From Octopus vulgaris (lineage: Eukaryota), in contig OX597814.1 in assembly GCA_951406725.2 (NCBI GenBank), positions 47,182,001 through 47,246,000 of the forward strand: a stretch of DNA of 64,000 nt, read 5' to 3'. Shown here one piece after another: positions 1 to 13,847 of the stretch. How positions within the stretch are numbered: the first letter of the stretch is position 1; every line of letters begins with the position of its first letter. The notes beneath the pieces were generated by a model that did no database searches, had not been told where the DNA came from, and worked only from the letters and a program-made list of their open reading frames with translations. The translations under genes were made by a program, and so were the position numbers.

Positions 1-760
1 TGAGAAAATACATTCATTTTTATACATTTATGCATGTTCTTTTTTTAATTACACACAAACTATAAGGAGGTAGAAAATGTAAAAGATATCACCTTCCGAA
101 AAGAAAGAAAGAAAAGAAAAGAAAGAATGAATGAATGAAAGGAAGAGGGGGAAGGGGAGAGTGAGTGTGTGTGTGTGTGTGTGTATTTTTATAAATAAAG
201 ACGTGGCTGTATGGTAAGAAGTTTGCTTCCCAACCACATGGTTTCAGGTTGAGTTCCACTGCATGGCACCTTGATTAAGTGCCTTCAATTCCAACCCTGA
301 GATGACCAAAGCCTTGTGGGTGGATTTGGTAGATAGAAACTGAAAAGAGTCTGTAGAGTGGCTGTGTGGTAAATAGCTTGCTAACCAACCACATGGTTCT
401 GGGTTCAGTCCCACTGCATAGCATCTTGGGCGAGTGTCTTCTGCTATAGCCCTGGGCCGACCAATGCCTTGTGAGTGGATTTGGTAGACGGAAACTGAAA
501 GAAGCCTGTCGTATATATATGTATATATATATATGTATATGTATGTATGTGTGTATATGTTTGTGTTTGTCCCCCTAGCATTGCTTGACAACCGATGCTG
601 GTGTGATTACGTTCCCGTCACTTAGCGGTTTGGCAAAAGAGACCGATAGAATAAGAACTGGGCTTACAAAGAATAAGTCCCAGGGTCGATTTGCTTGACT
701 AAAGGAGGTGCTCCAGCATGGCCGCAGTCAAATGACTGAAACAAGTAAAATAGTAAAGAG

Positions 761-792
<32 letters not shown>

Positions 793-1055
793 TGTGTTTG
801 AGCATGTTTGTGCATGTTACTATATCCTTGTCTTGACATCATGTAATAATTGTAAATAAGTGTCACCATCATGCAGTATCCTTTGTTTCCAATATTCTGT
901 GAAAATCTGTCCAGTGATGGGAAAATATTACCTTACTTCGGAACAGATGAGGATTAGTAACAGGAAGGGCATCTGGCCATAGAAAAATCTGCTTCAATAA
1001 ATTTCAATGCAGCTCATGCAAGTATGGAGTCAAATGACTGAAACAAGTAAATTAG

Positions 1056-1099
<44 letters not shown>

Positions 1100-1882
1100 C
1101 ATTTAGGAAGGGTGTGTGTGTGTGTGTATAGGATAATTATTTGGACTTCGGGTATATGCTGATTAGACCACTTCCATCTTATGCCAGTGTAGCCAACACA
1201 CTACAGGCAACAACAACATGCCAGGCAATTCTCAGTATATGTAGTAGCATATCTTATTTACATCAGATACCTGACAAGACACAGCCTGCAATAATGGCTG
1301 CAACACAACTAGATGTACTATATTCCACCCACAAGGGACAGATGCAAGATGAGTTAAAAACGGCTGTTGTGCTGAATAAAGATTCTTGCTAAATCCATTT
1401 TCTGTTTCCCTCATTCATTATATGTGTGTGTGTATGTGTTTGCTTCTGCATATCTTCACACTGATCCTGTATGGGCAGTGGCCCAATGCACAGAGATGTA
1501 GATCAAAGTACCTACTTGTAAAGTTAGGGTTAGCTTCAGAAAGGGCATCCAGCTACAGAATACTGCCGCAAGAAGTTTCCGCCAACTTATAACAGTATGG
1601 AAAAGTGGACATACAAACAATGACTGAATCATGTATACAAATGGTGTTTATTTTGAAGTGTTTTCCTTTCATTAGTAGGCTCCTTTGATTTGCAATCACA
1701 GGGAAAATGTGTGCAGGTACATGTATGTATAGTTATCCCACATGTGTCTCTAGAAGTCAGTTAGAAATACATTGAATTATAGCTGAGATAGAACTCCACG
1801 ATTCACAATCTCTGGTACTACTCAAGTGCAGACTAGATTTTAAAAATCTTTTACATTCATTTCTAAATGCCATATAAAAATG

Positions 1883-2646
1883 ATCATCATCATCATCATC
1901 GTTTAACGTCCGTTCTCCATGCTAGCATGGGTTGGACGGTTCGACCGGGGATCTGGGAAGCCAGAAGGCTGCACCAGGCGCCAGTCTGATCTGGCAGTGT
2001 TTCTACAGCTGGATGCCCTTCCTAACGCCAACCACTCCGTGAGTGTAGTGGGTGCTTTTTACGTGCCACCTGCACAGGTGCCAGGCGAGGTTGGCAATGG
2101 CCACAATTGGATTGGTGCATTTTACGTGCCACCAGCACAGAGATCACTTAAATGCAAACATTTGCTTAAAATCGAAATTGAACTAAATTCGATGGCTGGC
2201 ACCCGTGCCAGTGGAGCGCTAACAGCTCCATCCGAGCAGGATCACTGCCAGAGCAGCTGTCTGGCTTCCGTGCCGGTGGCACATAAAAAGCACCACTTGA
2301 GCATGATTGTTACCAGCGTCGCCTTACTGGCACGTGAACAAAACATTCGAGTGAGGTCGTTGCCAGTGCTGCTGGACTGGCTCCTGTGCAGGTGGCACGT
2401 AAAAAACACCATTTCAAGCATGGCCATTGTCAGTACTGCCAGACTGGCCCTCGTGCCGGTGGTACGTAAAAGTACCCACTACACTCTCGGAATGGTTGGC
2501 ATTAGGAAGGGCATCCAGCTGTAGAAACTCTGCCAGATCAGATTGGAGCCTGGCGCAGCCATCTGGTTCGCCAGTGCTCAGTCAAATCGTCCAACCCATG
2601 CTAGCATGGAAAGCAGACATATGATGATGACGATGATGACGATGAT
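1883..2646. repeat. Two RTE-tail repeats in inverted orientation (representative). Other copies near 5100-5442, 6800-6975, 10771-11135, 21453-21803, 22980-23620, 23740-24095, 25117-25470, 44850-45062, 45321-45460, 47670-48055, 49093-49590, 50691-50920, 60894-61165, 63867-64000
   Basis: Shared block (CAT)n-gtttaacgtccg-ccatgctagcatgggttggacgg...tttctacagctggatgcccttcctaacgccaaccactccg, plus internal GTGCC-acc-GGCAC repeats. Confidence 0.9.
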
Positions 2647-3321
2647 CAACACACAAACCATGAATCTACAGTGTTTTAGAGCAGATCACATTAATCTGAT
2701 AAACTTTTAATATTATACACTGTCAATGAATCTAAGACAAGAAACTAATAAAACAACTATACCTTTTTGGAATTTTTCTCATGTAGCATGTCATCATAAA
2801 AGACATGTGTTATTCCAGCTTCAAGACATCTCAGAGCTAAAATAGTCCCAATACATTTTGCAGCTGTGATGTCACGGCAACTATAAAATAATATTAATTT
2901 TGTTTGTCAGTATATCTAAGTTTCATTCATGTATATGCTTGCCTAAGAGCATTTATCCATTTATTATTGTCAGTAGTGAATGATAGGAAGATTACAATAT
3001 GGTAAGGTTTAAGAATAATAAGAAAACAAGAATAATAAGATAGACTATAATATTAATCCTTAATTAAAAGAAAGATAGAAACCATTTCATATAATGTGAT
3101 ATTCTTCTCAAAAATGCTCTCCTTACCACTCCTTACATGATCCACCCCATCATCTTTTCAACTCTCTTCCTCTCCCTCTCCACCCTGCTATTAATTTCTT
3201 TTCACTCCTTTGTTCCATGCTATACTTCTCAATTTTCTTCTCTTGTATACCTTTCCTAATCCATGGGTATAAGACCATTACCCACTCTTTCTTCTGCTTT
3301 TACTCATAGGAGCTACACAGG

Positions 3322-4365
3322 TGTTATATCGCACGTTCGGATGGCATGCCTTTGCCAATAACGTACCTCTACTCAACTACTGAACTCTCACTTCTGACGA
3401 CTCGACTCAACAAAACTCAACGTCTAGTCTACCGACGGCTCCGGCTTGCTTTACATGACGCTTCTCGTCTAGCTATCACATCCACTATTTATATATATTG
3501 GACTAGACTACTTATCGTCTGAGAGCATTCACCCAACACCTTCCCCTTTTGAGAGATTTTTTTTTCTAAACCCGAATTTATCAATTTTATTTCTTTGGTG
3601 AGAAACTGGCATTCTCTTAGTGTTAATTTCCATCACTTCTGTAGGTTTTCGAATCATGCCATATATCCATTGGTTTCTCTTGCCTCTCTTGATTTTTGGT
3701 ATATCTTTTTTTTATTTTAATTTTGTTGTTCTTTCCGAATTTTCTATTTTCTGTTCATATAGGTTCAGCAACAATTTATCAAAAATAGAATGAATTTTTC
3801 TGGAAAACATCAAATCTGCAGGTGACTACCCAACTCTGCATTTGGATTCAGTGTTATTATATAGACCAGCAAAAACTTTGTCATCTTTGTATCTTCAAAG
3901 GTTTCCCATCTGCTCTTTCTTAAAGCTCTCTTGAATGTGTCGACGAATCTTTCCACTAACCCATTTGACCTTGGATGGTATGGCGGAGTTAACACAGGCT
4001 TCATTTGAACCGACTTACAGAATCTTTTGAACTCCTTCGCCGTGAATTGTGTACCATTATCTGACACGATCGTATCTGGCACCCCATAACGAGCAAATAA
4101 TTCTTCCATGAAGTCAATCGTTACACTTGTGGTTGGCCTTGAATATTTATGCACTTCAGGCCATTTGGAATAGCTATCCACCACGGTGATATAATGAGAG
4201 CCATTTATTGGTACTGCGAAATCCACATGCAGTCTAGACCATGCCGAATCCATTTTTGGCCACGGTTGAATCTGCACTGGGGCGCCTTTGCTGCCATAGC
4301 ACATCTCCTACACTATTTTACCAGTCTCTCAATTTGCTTGTTCATATTCGGCCAATAAACTTAAT
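3322..4365 (-). mobile_element. Gypsy/Ty3 LTR retrotransposon 3' fragment: integrase remnant, polypurine tract and 217-bp LTR
   Basis: ORF 3810-4304 has rve integrase motifs WSRLHVDFA, VVDSYSKWPEV, FARYGVPDTIVSDNGTQF and PPYHPRSNGLVERFVDTFK. PPT AAAAGGGGAAGG lies immediately before a TG...CA-bounded LTR at 3538-3322. Confidence 0.9.
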
Positions 4366-4725
4366 ACATGAAGTAGTCCTCTTACTTATCAGATCCTGAT
4401 AAATTGTCCAACCTAAGCCAGCATGGAAGCCAGATGTTAAATAACTTCTTCACCATAAAAAAAATCTAAAAGGATAAGATTGAATTTTTCTCTCTAAAAC
4501 TTACCACACACATGAAAAAGTATTAAATAATTATTTATTTATTAAAAAGAAAAACCCAGATATTCTCTGCCATGGAATAACATTTCCATATACAGAATGC
4601 TGTATGTTAGAATGTATTTCTGTCATGAGCTTTCATATGAAGCTAATACTTAGTGGTACAGCTATGATATCAATATGAGAAAAGATATAAGTCATAAGAA
4701 TTGAAGATTTTCTTCAACATATTAT

Positions 4726-4760
<35 letters not shown>

Positions 4761-4840
4761 TAACAACAATAACAATGATGATAATAATAATAATAATAAC
4801 AACAACATGAAGTGAAAATGAAAATTCTACAAATATTCAC

Positions 4841-4954
4841 CTATAAAGAAACTTTTTAATTGGCCATTCTTTGGTTGATGCTGATACAACAATATTACCA
4901 GAAGAATGCAGGATGTAAGAATCGAGATTCCAATTTCTCCTTGCAAAAATTATT
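4841..4954 (-). CDS. MRPL18: MRPL18 coding exon 4 (gene continues beyond the left edge)
   Basis: Acceptor cattttcag|, donor AG|gtgaat, 114 nt. Encodes IIFARRNWNLDSYILHSSGNIVVSASTKEWPIKKFLYS, matching human ...[23 protein letters not shown]. Confidence 0.95.
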
Positions 4955-7900
4955 CTGAAAATGATAAGAAAGTATTATATACATCACATATTAAATATTT
5001 ATCTTAACTTTCATACGATTCATTGTTCTAGACTTTCAGTATTCTACAAAGAGATTTTTAGAATTTCTGAGTCAAGTACACCAACATCAAAAAATCAAAT
5101 GGAAATTGTAGTTGTGATACCTGTGCCAGTGGCACGTAAAAAATTCCATCCGAACGTGGCCGATGCCAGCACCACCTTGACTGGCTTCCGTGCCGGTGGC
5201 ACATAAAAAGCTCCAACTGATTGTGGCCGTTGCCGGCCTCACCTGGCACCTGTGCTGGTGGCACGTAAAAAGCACCCACTACACTCACGGAGTGGTTGGC
5301 GTTAGGAAGGGCATCTAGCTGTAGAAGCACTGCCAGACCAGACTGGAGCCTGGTACAGCCTCCTGGCTTCCCAGACCCCGGTTGAACCGCCCAACCCATG
5401 CTAGCATGGAAAATGGACGTTAAACGATGATGATGATGATGAGTAGCCATTACCTTTTGCTTGTTTAATACAATATAATTCTATGCTGAAACTTGGAAAC
5501 AACCTGCTTGTGCAAGTGCTGTCAATCAAAAACTCCACATACTGGATACTAGTTGGCTTCACAGGTCACCAGGAGAGAATGTGTGCCCTTTTGCTGCCTT
5601 TACAGCTCACCAGTAACATTGCACTCTCCCCACCTCACTGATATGAGGCCCTGCCTACTGGATCAACTGACTGTAGAATACCAATTTTTAACCAGAATGT
5701 TGTATAAACATGAGAGCAAGAGGTTTTGGTATATTTTAGATTACCAGTAGGAACACTGATTTCATATGTGAGTGATAACTGTTATAAATCATCAAAAACT
5801 AAAGTATACAAATGGGAAATAAACAAAAATGATTAAATGCTGTTGTCAAAAATTACATTTTGATTTCAAGCCTGTCATACCAAGGCCAAATATATTGCAT
5901 CAGTTACACACATCAATATATACTATTTCAATAACAATTCTACAAAGTGTATGTCACATCAACGACATTTCTGTCAAGAACTGGTCTGTCATTTCATTCA
6001 TGTTCTTGTCAAATATCTGTCTGTCTCAACCAGTAACATTGCTGTTAAGCATCTTCTAGTTAGAAACAGAAGATGCTTTGGAATTTACATGTAAGAAAAT
6101 ATTGCTGAATCTATCATATTAAAAAATTACAAAACAAAAAATGGAATAAAACGAATTCCTCTATGATAAATAATTTGAACTATATCACTTTATCTGGAGA
6201 ATACTAAGAAACAGTAAACAGAAGTAAACAATAAACAGATCAGTACCAAAGATTAAACTGTTCTATGTGAGATTAAACAGAATCCCATCTCAACAGGATT
6301 CCTTGAAGGCTGAATAAGCTACACGTTCCATTTATAACCCAAAAACATTTACTGAAGAAATGATAAAGACTTGAGTCTTTTACTGGATTTTATCATTGAA
6401 CACCACCACTTTCAGCAATTTAGCTCTTTCTATTGATCCTGGTAGTTATTTCATTTCAGTCTGATTTTAGTTTATCAATCTTTTGACATAAGATTCAGCC
6501 ACACCTCTACTCTTGCTGCATTTAACCCTATTTGCTGCATTTAACCCTATCCACCCTTTCCAACCCTGTCCCCTTTCTCTCTTATTTTCACCTTCCTGTA
6601 CCTTGAGAGTACATCCTGACACTTCACTGCCACCATCTTTATCTCTCTATTTGCTAGGGTAGCCATGTGTCTCCTCTACAGCAAGACACCTGTTCCTGAT
6701 CCCTCTATAATACTTTAACCTCTCAACATCTGGTATAAAGCCACTTCCTCTCTACTACACTTCCCCACTCAGTTAAGGGGATTATCTTGACTTTCATTAG
6801 TGCTGGTACTATGTATTAAAGAAGCACCCAGTCCACTCTGTAAAGTAGTTGACAATAGGAAGGGCATCTAGTCATAGAAACTATGGCAAAGCAGACACTG
6901 GAGCTCAATGCAGTCTTCTGGCTCATCCAATCCTGTTGAGCCACCCAATCCAAGCCAGCATGGAAGATTAGCACTAAATAATAGTATCTATTTCTTTATT
7001 GCCCACAGGGGGCTAAATATAGAGGGGACAAATAAGGACAGACAGAGGGATTAAGTCAATTACATCGACCCAGTGCGTAACTGGTACTTATTTAATCGAC
7101 CCCGAAAGGATGAAAGGCAAAGTCGACCTCAGCGGAATTTTGAACTAAATAATAGTATCACTACCACCACCACTGCATTCCTTTATATCAATACAGTAAG
7201 TCAGTAATTCAATAGAGGCCACTGAAGTCAGTATTAAACTGAAATAAATACTGAGGTAATATGAACAATAAAATGTCCTTGAAGGGAATACCCCAGCATG
7301 GCTTTAGTCCAATGACTAAAACCAGCAAAAGAATAAAGGAATACAATTAAGGACACGAGTAGACAATGGTGGATTTCTAATTTAGAAAGATATCCATTTA
7401 ATATACTTAGAAACTTCAAAGAGAAATCTTATTTGTTTTGTCTCAACAATACCCTTATTGGCTCCAACTCTCTTTTTCATGAAACGCTAATTACTAATAC
7501 TTAATTAGACATGTTTAATAGATGCAGTGTAAAATAGAAAATAGGTCAATGTAACAAACTATGTTTAATTTGTCAAGTTTATACTTGTGGTTTATTTTCA
7601 GTATTAATTGTTTAAGAATTATATCTGAAAGAAGTAATTCCCTTTCATATTTTAGTAATATAATAAGATAATGACCTTTAGTTAGGATCTGTAGGATGAT
7701 GAGAGAGCCAACATGTTACCATCCTATTCTAAAACATTTTTAAGGCTATTAAGAATTTGTCCTTGTCTGTGTTTCCCATCATGTACTGTATTTTATTCCT
7801 TTTCTAACCTTCATAAAAGAGAGGACCCCTCCCCACATTTAACTAAATCAGCTAGAAACAACAGCCAAATCACCCTAAAATTATACCCTAACATCTCAAA

Positions 7901-10300
7901 TAAGGAGAGAACACATTAGATAATGTAGCCTTATATATCCTCAAAGATGGCATGGTCATAGCAAGAATGCTTTTGAACACTGACCTCAATCAGGCTTACT
8001 CTGGCTCTAAACAATGACTTTTACGTTATACTTGTAAGTCAACTACTTTTAAGATAGGTCAACTAACCACGGAGAAGTCCTCTGTGCAACTGTTATGCTC
8101 TTACTAACTACACCTCATCTCCTTTACTATGGCTGCCACCAGAATCTATGAGTATACAGGAATAGACTACAAAGTGGAGAGAATGTAATACGTTCAGATT
8201 GTTCTGCTGCACTCCATACATCATTGTACGTCAGAGTGTGCAGTACAGTCCACAGGCAGGTATAGCGAACAGGGAAAATGGATTTGTAAGTCATGCTGTA
8301 GGGCAATCATCCAAGTACCTGCATGATCAGGGTTGGCCTGAGGCCAACCGTTACACTTGTTAGAGGAGCTCCTTTCAAATCTTCACAAACAAACTCTACA
8401 TTGGCAAATGGATGAGGTGATCATGGATCTCAGGTTCAATTCTACTGCAGGCAATTTGCTGTGTGTGTGAGAGAGGGGGGGGGGAGAAAGAGAGGGAGAG
8501 ATAGCGGAGAGGGGGAGGAGGAGGGAGAGACTAGGACATTCATTTCTATATTCTACATTTCACTTAGAAGTTGGAATAGGTACTAAATCATCTGTGAATG
8601 TTGTCAAAGATAGACTGGCCAGTCTATCCAAGGGAAGACATCTCAAAACAACAAAACTAGAACTTAACACTAACCTTCAGTTAGTCATTCAAGTACAAGG
8701 AGGTTGATTTGTGCAACTCCACTTCTTATCCAAAGTATAGTAATAAGGAATTATGAAATAATATTGTGAGCTTTCCATCAAGAATATATATCACAATATT
8801 TGGAGGTCAAAGATCAAAAATACAAGAAACATAATTTTTTTTTTTTAGTTTTATATTCCAGCAGAAATCTGCCATTAGCTATTACTTTTTAGACAGGCAT
8901 GAACAAATAACACACCAGATACCTTTCCATTTGCAGCCGAGTAGAAGCACATCTGCAATTAGAAGCTGTCTAGACATCAACAATGATAATAAGTGAGATG
9001 GGATATTGGAGGTGGGAATGTTAAGATTATCACTGCAGCTGAAGTTGTGCAAATGGAGGAAACGAAAAAGTCAATGAAAAAAAATCTAAACTTTATCAAA
9101 GCTAACACACTCACACACACAAACACACGCAATCAAGAGTTTAGTAACAAAGTATAGTCAGTTATAAATGAAAAAAAGGAAAGTGTTTTACCAAAATGGA
9201 CAGTTACAATAATGAAAGAGATAACTTTAATAATCAAGATGCTGAAAGAGAAAGAAGTGGATGAAATGAATGGTATTATTCTTAAAAACTGTAAATGGCT
9301 GATCACTCAATAACCTAGAGTTACATGGAAGAAAGAAAGCTTTCTGATACAATATCCAAAAGCAGCCACATGAAAGCCAATATTAACACCTTCATTCTTA
9401 GTAACCAAAGCTATAAATAGTGAATCACAAACAAACTATGAGGAATCTTTAGACAGCTGCCATAAGTTCTACAGTGAGAAGACTATTATAGATTTCCTCT
9501 TCTTTTTGTTCTTCTTTTGCAGCAATTTCACAAACTCATTTGCTAACATTATAAATAACATGTACAGACTTACACCAATAACTTTTTGTAAAAACAATAT
9601 TATTTTTAACTATAGCATGGCTTTAGCTGTGATGGCTAAAAACGAACTAAAGAACTGACGTCAATAGTTCTTTTGGAGAAATGTCTTAATTTAGTGTTCT
9701 GATAGTAGGAAGATAGAGGATAAAAAAACCAACAGACATTTGAAATGCATAAGTGGGAAAGCTGGTGTTTCATAGCAGATATTTTTTATATGGAGAGATC
9801 AGAGGGAGGACGTGAAAAGGTTAAGGAAGTCAACTTAGGGAAGGAGAGAAACACAGAGAGAGAGAGAGAGTGTGTGTGTGTGTGTGTGTCTGTGTCTGTG
9901 TGTGTGTGTGTGTGTGTGTATGCATGTGTGGCTGGTGAAAGTTTGGAAAATGCTACAGACTAGGTGATTGCAGAGTAAGAAATGATGCTGAGACGTTGAG
10001 CGATGAGGTTAATAATAACAAGACATAACTATAAATATAAAAGAATGTAGCTGAAATGTTCCTTGTGGAAAAAATAGAAAAACCACAGAGAGAAAATAAC
10101 AGGTAGGGGAGGGAGGCAAGTAGGGTAAATAAATATAGTAATACTATATAACAGAAAGGATATGCATTGCCAAAAGCAGAGGAAATGGTGTTATTTGGTA
10201 AATGGACACCGGCATACAGCTGAACAGAGGAGCAAAAAAAAAAAAAAGAAACCGGATAATATATAAACAAAGAAAAAAATATGAAGGATTCAACACTTGC

Positions 10301-11776
10301 TATCAGGTTGAGTAAAAAGTAAGCAATGTTTTGAACTATGAAGAATTTGTACTGGATTTTTGCAGAGTTTTGAATTTTTTGAAAATAATTTTTGCAATTG
10401 TCTGATAATACAGACATAGACTTGCCCAAATGCATAAATAAATTAACATTGATATTTTTTTCACCATTGTTTACAATCATTTGAAATAGAACTGTCAAAG
10501 TGTGATATTCGAGCAGTTTTGCTTTTCAACTTCACAAAAAGGATGTAAAGCAGCTGAAACTGCTCAAGATATAAAAAAAAATTTTGTGAGGAAATGACCA
10601 GAGAGTGGTTAGCTCTAAAATAGTTTAAACAATTTTGCAGTGGCAACCTGAGCCTTGAAGATCATGAGCATAGTGAACACCCATCTGTCATCGAGAAAGA
10701 TCTACATAAAACCTCTTGAGAACTGGTAAAAGAACTTTGAGTTAGCCAGAAAACTATCTCCAACCATTTGCATCATCATCATCATCGTTTAACATCCGCT
10801 TTCCATGCTAGCATGGGTTGGACGGTTTGACTGTGGGCTGGCGAACCAGATGGCTGCACCAAGCTCCAGTCTTGATCTAGCAGAGTTTTTCTCCAGCTTG
10901 ATGCCCTTCCTAACGCCAACCACTCCGAGAGTGTAGTGGGTGCTTTTACGTGCAACGGGCACAGGGGCCAGTCAGGCCGTACTGGCAATGACCATGCTCG
11001 AATTTTTACACATGAGCCAGTCAGGCGGTACTGGCAACGACCTCACTTGAATTTTTTGGGCCAGACAGGCGGTACTGGCAACAACCTCGCTCGAATTTTT
11101 TACACATGCCAACGGCACAGGTGCCAGTAAGGCGATGCTTGTAAAAAGCTCGACAAATGGATATCACACAATTTGAATGAAAATCAGAAAATGCACAGAT
11201 ATGAAATTTGCTCATTGCTTCTTCTCTGTAACCAGACCAATCCATTTCTTGACCGTATTGCTGGGCTCGTCCACTATAACTTCTTAAAACCCAGAAAAAT
11301 CATCACTGCAGAAACATATTGCCATGAAATTGCCAAAATGAATGAAAAACTGCTACTCCTCCATCCCAGGCAGGTCAACAGAAGAGGGTCAATCATTCTT
11401 CATGACAATGCTCAACCACACGTTTCACTAACGACACTCCAGAAGTTGAGGGAACTTGGCTACGAAGTTCTTCTCCACCTAGCTTATTTCCCAGATCTTT
11501 CTCCTACTAACTACCACTTTTTCGAGCACCTTGATGGTTTCCTGCGAGAGAAGGAGTTCAAAAATCAAACCAATGCTGAAAGTGTGTTCAAAGAGTTCAT
11601 CAGCTCCAGAACTCCAGATTTTTATGTTACCCGAATAAACAAACTTGTAACTCATTGACAAGAATGCGTTGATTGTAATAATACTTACTTTGATGAATAA
11701 AATTTCTGCACTGTTGGAATATATTGCGATGAATTTCATGTTTCAAAACATTGCTTACTTTTTACTCAGCCTGATA
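10301..11776 (+). mobile_element. Decayed mariner (Mos1-like) DNA transposon with TIRs, interrupted by an RTE-tail repeat
   Basis: TA-flanked TIRs tcaggttgagtaaaaagtaagcaatgttttgaa / ttcaaaacattgcttactttttactcagcctga. ORF 11173-11658 has LHDNAQPH and YFPDLSPTNYHFF. Internal deletions, and an insertion at ~10771-11140. Confidence 0.92.
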
Positions 11777-12272
11777 CATAGGTACAAGAAGTAAATAATG
11801 AGATATCAAAGAGGGTGTAGAATATTAGTTGTAAATAGATATGATTAATTTTCTACAACCAAGAACAAACATTTACAAAATAGAGAACAACTTAGACGTA
11901 AGAAATGAAGTTATTGTTGCTTAGCCCCAAGTCAGCCAGTACTGGGCATCCCAGCATTGAGCTTTCCATCATATTGTTCAGGCATAGCATATTCTGGATA
12001 ATGTCATACAGGACATCCTATGATTTTTAAGACTTCAACAATGGATGGAGTAAGATTTAGCTGCTATTTATAATATGGGGAGTGAATACATAGAAACATT
12101 TTGTTGACTCCTAGCACATGAAATGAAGAAATATAGTGAATATTTAAACAAATATTACTGATTATTAAAAATATGGAAAGTGAAAAAGAGAAAACAGGAG
12201 TCACTAGAGAAACAATAACAGAAGGAACTAGAAAAGCACTCAGAGAGTGTAGACCTCAGCCAAACCAGCACT

Positions 12273-12600
12273 ATGACAACGACCACCACCACTACCACCA
12301 ATAACAATCACCATCACAACTATCTTACCACTATCACCACCACAACCACTAACATCATCAGCAGTATTGTCATTGCTTCCACTTCAACCACATACACTGC
12401 CATCAACGTTATTATGATGGTTATCTTGACAGTCACTTTCACCACCACAACCAGTATAACCACTACAATACCACCATCACACAGCTAACACTATCATCAA
12501 CACCACTATTACCACCATCACACTGCTCCTGTCATCATTATAACCACCGACCATCGTCAATCACCATAATCACCGTCAAAACTACAATCATCACAATCAG
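12273..12600 (+). repeat. Degenerate (CAC/CAT/AAC)n low-complexity tract
   Basis: Thr/His/Ile-like triplet runs with no coherent coding signal. Confidence 0.85.
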
Positions 12601-12939
12601 TTTCTTTACACAGTTGAAAATTCATTATTTGATACTCATGGGACCAAGATTAACGCAGGTTTTTGATTGTTCTAATTTCGGAGTGCTTTATTAAAAAAAA
12701 TAAATTGCATCTACAAAATGGAACAGTTTGAGGATAGAAACCCAGTCTAAACACAATAGCTCATAGACATACTCTGAATGTAGTTCTAAATAAATCTTTA
12801 ATAATTTTTTTTTATACTTAAGACCATCAGAAATGTTAAGATATCAGCCTCTACCCATGTCGTTATGCTTTGATTAAAAGGTTACAGCATAGATTAGATT
12901 ACTTATATAAATTTCAGCCGAAGTTGACTCAGGTTATGT

Positions 12940-13375
12940 CTAATTTAATACCACCACCTGGAAAAGATACAGTCAGCTCTGGGGAACCGTAGCCCATTCA
13001 AGCAGAGGGTTGTTGTTTTCAAAGTCATATCTGGGTGTGGGTGGTTTATCTGGAATTTGTTAGGATAATCATCTAGGGATTGTTTGAATGCCATGAAGTC
13101 ACTTTCCTCCTTTATGTGTGTCTGGCACAATGTTGACAAGAGCAGAGTCAATTGAGGTGAAATAGTTCTGTCATAGTGTTGTGATATGACATGAACATTT
13201 CTGTAGTGGACAGATGGCACGGGGGCCAAGCCTCAGACGAATTTTAAAGATGGGCAATGTTGATGGAATATTTTCCACATCATACAGATGATATAGAGCT
13301 CACAGCAGTGGTGGAGGGAGTAAAACCTGAGCTTTTTGAGTCGATCCCAATAGTCAAGGCTTGTCATGCCCTCGT
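12940..13375 (-). mobile_element. CR1-group LINE 3' remnant
   Basis: Broken reading with IICMMWKIF, FKQSLDDY and IPDKPPTP-like C-terminal motifs. Confidence 0.65.
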
Positions 13376-13376
13376 C

Positions 13377-13756
13377 TGCAGACCTCCGCCAAGCAGCTCA
13401 TTTTAAGATAGATACACGCATAAAATTACTAATAGAGAAACAAAAATAAACTTTGAAAACAGCAATGCCACCATAGGTTACGTTGAAACGATGAACATGT
13501 TTTCAAGGGAGATAATCAAAGAACGTAACATTGTAATACTTCATGTAAAGTAAATATAACAAATGAAAAATCCTTCAAAAATCCATAAAAATTCCCGGAT
13601 CACTACCAAAATTCCATCATCTGTTCCATGTGTCATTACCAACTTTTCCTGCAAGTTTCATCAAATACTGTTCACAACTTTTTGAGTTATTTTGCACACA
13701 GACGGACAAACCAATGCTGTTGAAAACATAACCTCCTTCCTTGGCAGAGGTAATTA
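13377..13756. mobile_element. Helentron/HINE-like element
   Basis: Sub-terminal inverted repeat acctccgccaag (13382) / cttggcagaggt (13740) with a 3' hairpin acctccttccttggcagaggt and an internal cagac-like tract. A second 5' end occurs near 12226-12263. Confidence 0.55.
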
Positions 13757-13847
13757 CAGAATTAACATCAGAGTAACAGCAGTAGCACAGTGTTAATGAA
13801 AACTGAAGATAGTGGAACAATGTTAAGACAATATTAACACTAACAGA

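Noticed and set aside
1919-2524. 201-aa ORF, the longest in the track
   Set aside because: It lies entirely within two inverted RTE-tail repeats, and the same peptide fragments recur in many other repeat copies.
6513-6550. Telomere-like TAACCC units
   Set aside because: Just a 19-bp tandem duplication (ttgctgcatttaaccctat) with no TTAGGG array.
8923-8952. Possible 30-nt frame-preserving cassette exon for MRPL18 (ttgcag|...AG|gtatct)
   Set aside because: Weak donor, no similarity to uL18m, and exons 3 and 4 already join without a gap relative to the human protein.
9953-10498. 181-aa hydrophobic minus-strand ORF resembling a membrane protein
   Set aside because: It is the antisense reading of A-rich sequence overlapping the mariner left end, with no family motifs or splice structure.
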